Source: Macrostomum lignano (taxonomy: Eukaryota). From it: 64,000 nucleotides of DNA. How positions within the stretch are numbered: position 1 is the first letter of the stretch; the number at the start of each line of letters is the position of its first letter. The translations under genes were made by a program, and so were the position numbers. The notes under the pieces were generated by a model. The model was given only the letters and a program-made list of their open reading frames with translations, had not been told where the DNA came from and made no database searches. Shown here one piece after another: positions 60,122 through 64,000 of the stretch. Location of the stretch: contig NIVC01001483.1 of NCBI GenBank assembly GCA_002269645.1, forward strand, positions 62,001 to 126,000, read 5' to 3'.

Positions 60122-61214
60122 ATGGCTACTTGGCAGTGAAGAGCTTCAGAAAATGTTTATGCTCCAGATAAACAGTTCATTAAAATTTATTTGCAGACCT
60201 TTTTTGAATTAATTCTAATATATTTAAATTTCTAGCTTCGACCACGTTTTCCCGACGAGATTCTCTCGCCAAATATTTTTATCTACAATTAGTTTTTGCT
60301 CTATTATGATCACAAATGCATTCTAATATTAGTTGCTCATCTTCTAAGGTATATACTAAAATGAAAATGTCTGTGTAAATATGTATATTTCACGTTTACG
60401 CGCTTCCGTTTCGCAAATTTATAAATTGCGGGCATTTTTAACTTAATGGGTATTTTACTCAGTCAAACTATTTTAATGGTATATTGTTTAGCTAGTATGT
60501 AACTTAACAAAGCTAGCCTAGCCCAGCACAGATACCATTATTCCACTTATTTCACGGCAGTACAAAGATTAGGGGTGAATAGATTAATAAATGCGAAAAA
60601 AACAAACTTCATCCAGCAGCTGAATTCTTTATCTGGTCCTTGAAGTGAAAAAAGTTTACCTTTCCCTGAAACATACTCGTACGATGGTCAATAGACAGAA
60701 GAAAATATTATCGTTGAAAAATGCCTGTGTAACTTCAATTTGTAATTTACAATTGATGTGCCTTATACTAGATCTTTTAAGCTACATGTACAGGTAGCTT
60801 AGTAAATTGTTTAAATGCGCTTACAGTATGATAATGATGCAACTTCTAACGTTTCCGCTTTTGAATAGATCCACCTTCAGTTATCCTGTTTGCTTTGCAT
60901 CGCAGGGTAAAGTCTGCAAATTTTACTTTGAAATTACATTTTTCATTTCTCTCTTTAATTGTCAATTCTGTAACAATGAAGTGAACCTTTGTGTTCTCTA
61001 ACAGTTACTGATGGTACAGTGAATTTTATGTGCATCATTTGCTGCAAATTTGATTTGTATAATTGCTATATTTTGGTGAACTACGAGTATGAAAAAATAG
61101 ACAGTATGAATAAAAATTAACTATACTAAAAGCAACAAGTTCTGTACATGCGCTCTGTCTCTCTCTGTCTTGGTTTACCAAAGTCGCGAGACGTGTTGTG
61201 TGTTGCGTGTTGTG

Positions 61215-61640
61215 TGTGATTGGGGAATCTGAAGGCTGTTGTGTGTGATAGGGCAACCTGAAAGATGTGTGTGACTGGGGAATCTGAAGGCTATGGTGTG
61301 TGATTTGGGAATCTGAAGGCTGTGGTGTGTGATTGGGAATCTGAAGGCTGTTGTGTGTGATTTGGGAATCTGAAGGCTGTTGTGTGGGATTTGGGAATCT
61401 GAAGGCTGTTGTGTCTGATTTGGGAATCTGAAGGCTGTTGTGTGTGATTTGGGAATCTGAAGGCTGTTGTGTGGGATTTGGGAATCTGAAGGCTGTTGTG
61501 TGTGATTTGGGAATCTGAAGGCTGTTGTGTGTGAGTGGGGAATCTGAAGGCTGTGGTGTGTGATTGGAGAATCTGAAGGCTGTGGTGTGTGATTGGGGAA
61601 TCTGAAGGCTGTGGTGTGTGATTGGGGAATCTGAAGGCTC
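61215..61640. repeat. 28-29-nt tandem repeat, ~14 copies
   Basis: Unit GGGAATCTGAAGGCTGTTGTGTGTGATTT with variants. Confidence 0.9.
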
Positions 61641-63570
61641 TTATTTGTGTGGCGTACATGTATAATGCTGAAAATTTGAATAAATGGTTATTATTACTTT
61701 GTACATTCATCTCAACCTAGTTGTTTTGCAGCACAAATGTTGTGCCCGGGTGCACTTGCACCGATGAGCAATCTCTGGCTCTCGGTCAAGTGTGCCCGGC
61801 ACTGCACTCCCACCCCCCCGGCCGCGTGCCTGCGCCAACCCCCCATTCTGTCTGCGTCAACCCCCCTCCAGTTGCACCCACCCCACTGCCTGTTAGGCCA
61901 GCCGGCTTTGGCTGGCTGCGGCCCCAGTGCGCCCCCTCTCTCGCCCTGCGATTGGCTGGTGGTCCAGCCAATCGGTTTGTTTCCTCTCCCCTCCAATCGC
62001 GACCCCGACTTGTAACTTTTTCCTTGTTGGATAAGACGATCGTAATTTTGGCTAGCTGGGCCTGGGGTAGCGATACCCCAGGGCTTAAACCAGCTAGCAC
62101 AAATATAAATATATGCAGGAGCGGCAGTAGGGGAGGCATCTCTCTCTCGCTTTCCTTGGTTGAATTGTGCAAGTCACAGCCATAAGTCTATTACTGCAAT
62201 CTAGATACCTGTCTATTCTATAGACTGAAGAGAGAACATTGAGAGAAGCCACCCAGCTGCTGCCGCCACCGCTGTTATCCGGAGAAACAGAGTGAGTCGC
62301 GTGTCTTTCTTATTTGAGGGACTGGCGGGAATTAATCTGTGCAATAGGGACGGGCTGATTAAGTCTCCTGACGCGATCCCCCGCTCAGAGTCCGAAGTCA
62401 GTCCGGCCAGTTGACTGACGCCATCTTCGGCTCGTTCACTGTGATAGTCAGGGTAGTGATCCGGCCTGTAGCGCATCTGAAGTACAACACAAACAACATA
62501 TACTAAAACACTATGGAAGGGTGGCTTACTTGGTTATAATAATCCCGCAATCAGGACGTTTGTTTGAAGTTAGTTTCTGTTTAAATTAGGGGTCCATCCA
62601 GCAAGCACAAAGAATGAACAGATGGACCCAACAGTCAACGAGTAGCTAATAGTCGGTTTCAATGCTTATACGTGCCACGAGCCAAGAGAAAATGTTTTAA
62701 AATCGGATGACTACAGCTAAGAAAACTGCATGCTAATGCTTCTACAGCTAAGAATAATTTCTTTATTTGAATAATTTTCTTCCTAATTTAATTCAGAGAA
62801 TGTAGGACTAAGTATTCAATTTATAAACTGTTAGCGATAGATCAATAACGATTAGAATAAAAACTAGGGTAGCTACTCACCCCTGAGGAGCAAAGGTTAA
62901 AATTTCGCTGAGCCACATGTACAAAAACCACGTGATCAAATAGGAATATAAGATAGCAAACGCAAGGAAGGACGAAGGCACAACCTCACTACTCTCCCAG
63001 AGAAAAACACACGGGGAGAAAACAACGGGATAAAAGATAAGGCTTTCGACAACGCAGAGAATGCAGCGCCTGCCTTACTTGGTAACTGGCAGGAGGACAC
63101 TTGATGTCACAGGAGGGCCTTTGCAGCACCAGCTCAGCCCAAGCTCACTTAAGGATCCCAATCCTTAATAATAATAAGGAAGGTGCAGTTGGAGATCCTT
63201 GCCCTGAAGATACATGACCTGCAGACATTGCTGGGAATAACAACAGTCGTTGATGTTGATGTTTAAGAAGTCATCCGGAATTATATTTGAACTGAATGCT
63301 TCAATCATATTTAAATAAGTAGGCACCGTTAGGTAGGGCTTTGGCCTTGAATGGACTAAATAGTTTCACTCGTCCAATAAAGCGATTTATGACTTTTTTC
63401 ATTTAAAGGAATTACCAAAGGCTAACATATTTTTCCCCAGGAATCGGTTGCACCAGCGACCTTTTCCCCCAGGCAGTCAACAAGCAATCGCAGTTAAATC
63501 TTCATTTCCATCGATCGCATTGAGGGTTGGAATTGTGTCATTACCACTAGGCACCACTAGGCTTGAAGAC

Positions 63571-64000
63571 CATCGAGGCATCTGCCTTCAGTCCTGTGCA
63601 GCGAAACTGTTCAACCGGATGCTGCTTCCGCGGTTGCAGCCCGTGCTGGATCCGTACCTGCGCCCAGAGCAGAACGGGTTCCGGCCCCATCGCGGCACAG
63701 TGGCACAGATCCTGGCTCTTCGCCGAGTCATCGAGGAGGCGCGGATTCGTCAGTCGATCCTGATTCTAATCTTTATCGATTTCAAGAAGGCATTCGACTC
63801 GGTTGTCAGAGCCGTGCTTCCAATGGTGCTCCGCGCGTACAACGTGCCTGAGCAGCTGATCTCCGCCATCATGGCGATGTACCGTGATACGACAGCTGCT
63901 GTGACAACACCGGACGGCCTATCGGACTCCTTTGAGACATCCTCCGGAGTGCTTCAGGGAGATACGCTGGCGCCGTTCCTGTTCGTCCTGGTGCTTGACT
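63571..64000 (+). mobile_element. Non-LTR (LINE, RTE-like) reverse transcriptase fragment running off the window
   Basis: Manual translation gives RGICLQS..AKLFNRM..RL, EQNGFR, FIDFKKAFDSV and GVLQGDTLAPFLF. Confidence 0.85.

Noticed and set aside
61291-61710. 139-aa repetitive ORF
   Set aside because: Translation of the 28-29-nt tandem repeat.

Overview
Intron-containing animal genomic DNA, not prokaryotic. The Mab-21/ankyrin gene style suggests an invertebrate such as the flatworm Macrostomum, but that is an unverified inference. Two systems stand out. (1) A family of modular, probably immune-related genes. Copy A (minus, 1826-4947) encodes ankyrin-like + kinase + pseudokinase. Copy C (minus, ~10903-21762) is a broken fragment. 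Copy B (plus, 43225-60121) has ten candidate exons that join in frame through consensus splice sites into a predicted ~2,650-aa protein: ANK-like, kinase, kinase, ANK, cGAS-like/Mab-21 nucleotidyltransferase (cGLR), ~14 ANK, second cGLR. All five inter-module junctions are phase 2. (2) Polinton/Maverick (adintovirus-like) elements. A 10.1-kb element (11166-21294, 6-bp TSD) carries integrase, major and minor capsid proteins, protease and packaging ATPase but no recognisable DNA polymerase, and sits inside kinase copy C. A 1.4-kb non-coding mini-element (5319-6736, 6-bp TSD) shares only a bipartite terminal signal with it (ACTAC, then TTTTGGAGGTGAGGTGGGTGTCA at a fixed 27-nt offset). The rest is a decayed intron-containing Helitron in head-to-tail arrangement, a young Ty3/Gypsy element, nested hAT-type MITEs, tandem arrays and a LINE RT fragment at the right edge. 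Everything was read by eye; no database searches or alignments were run.
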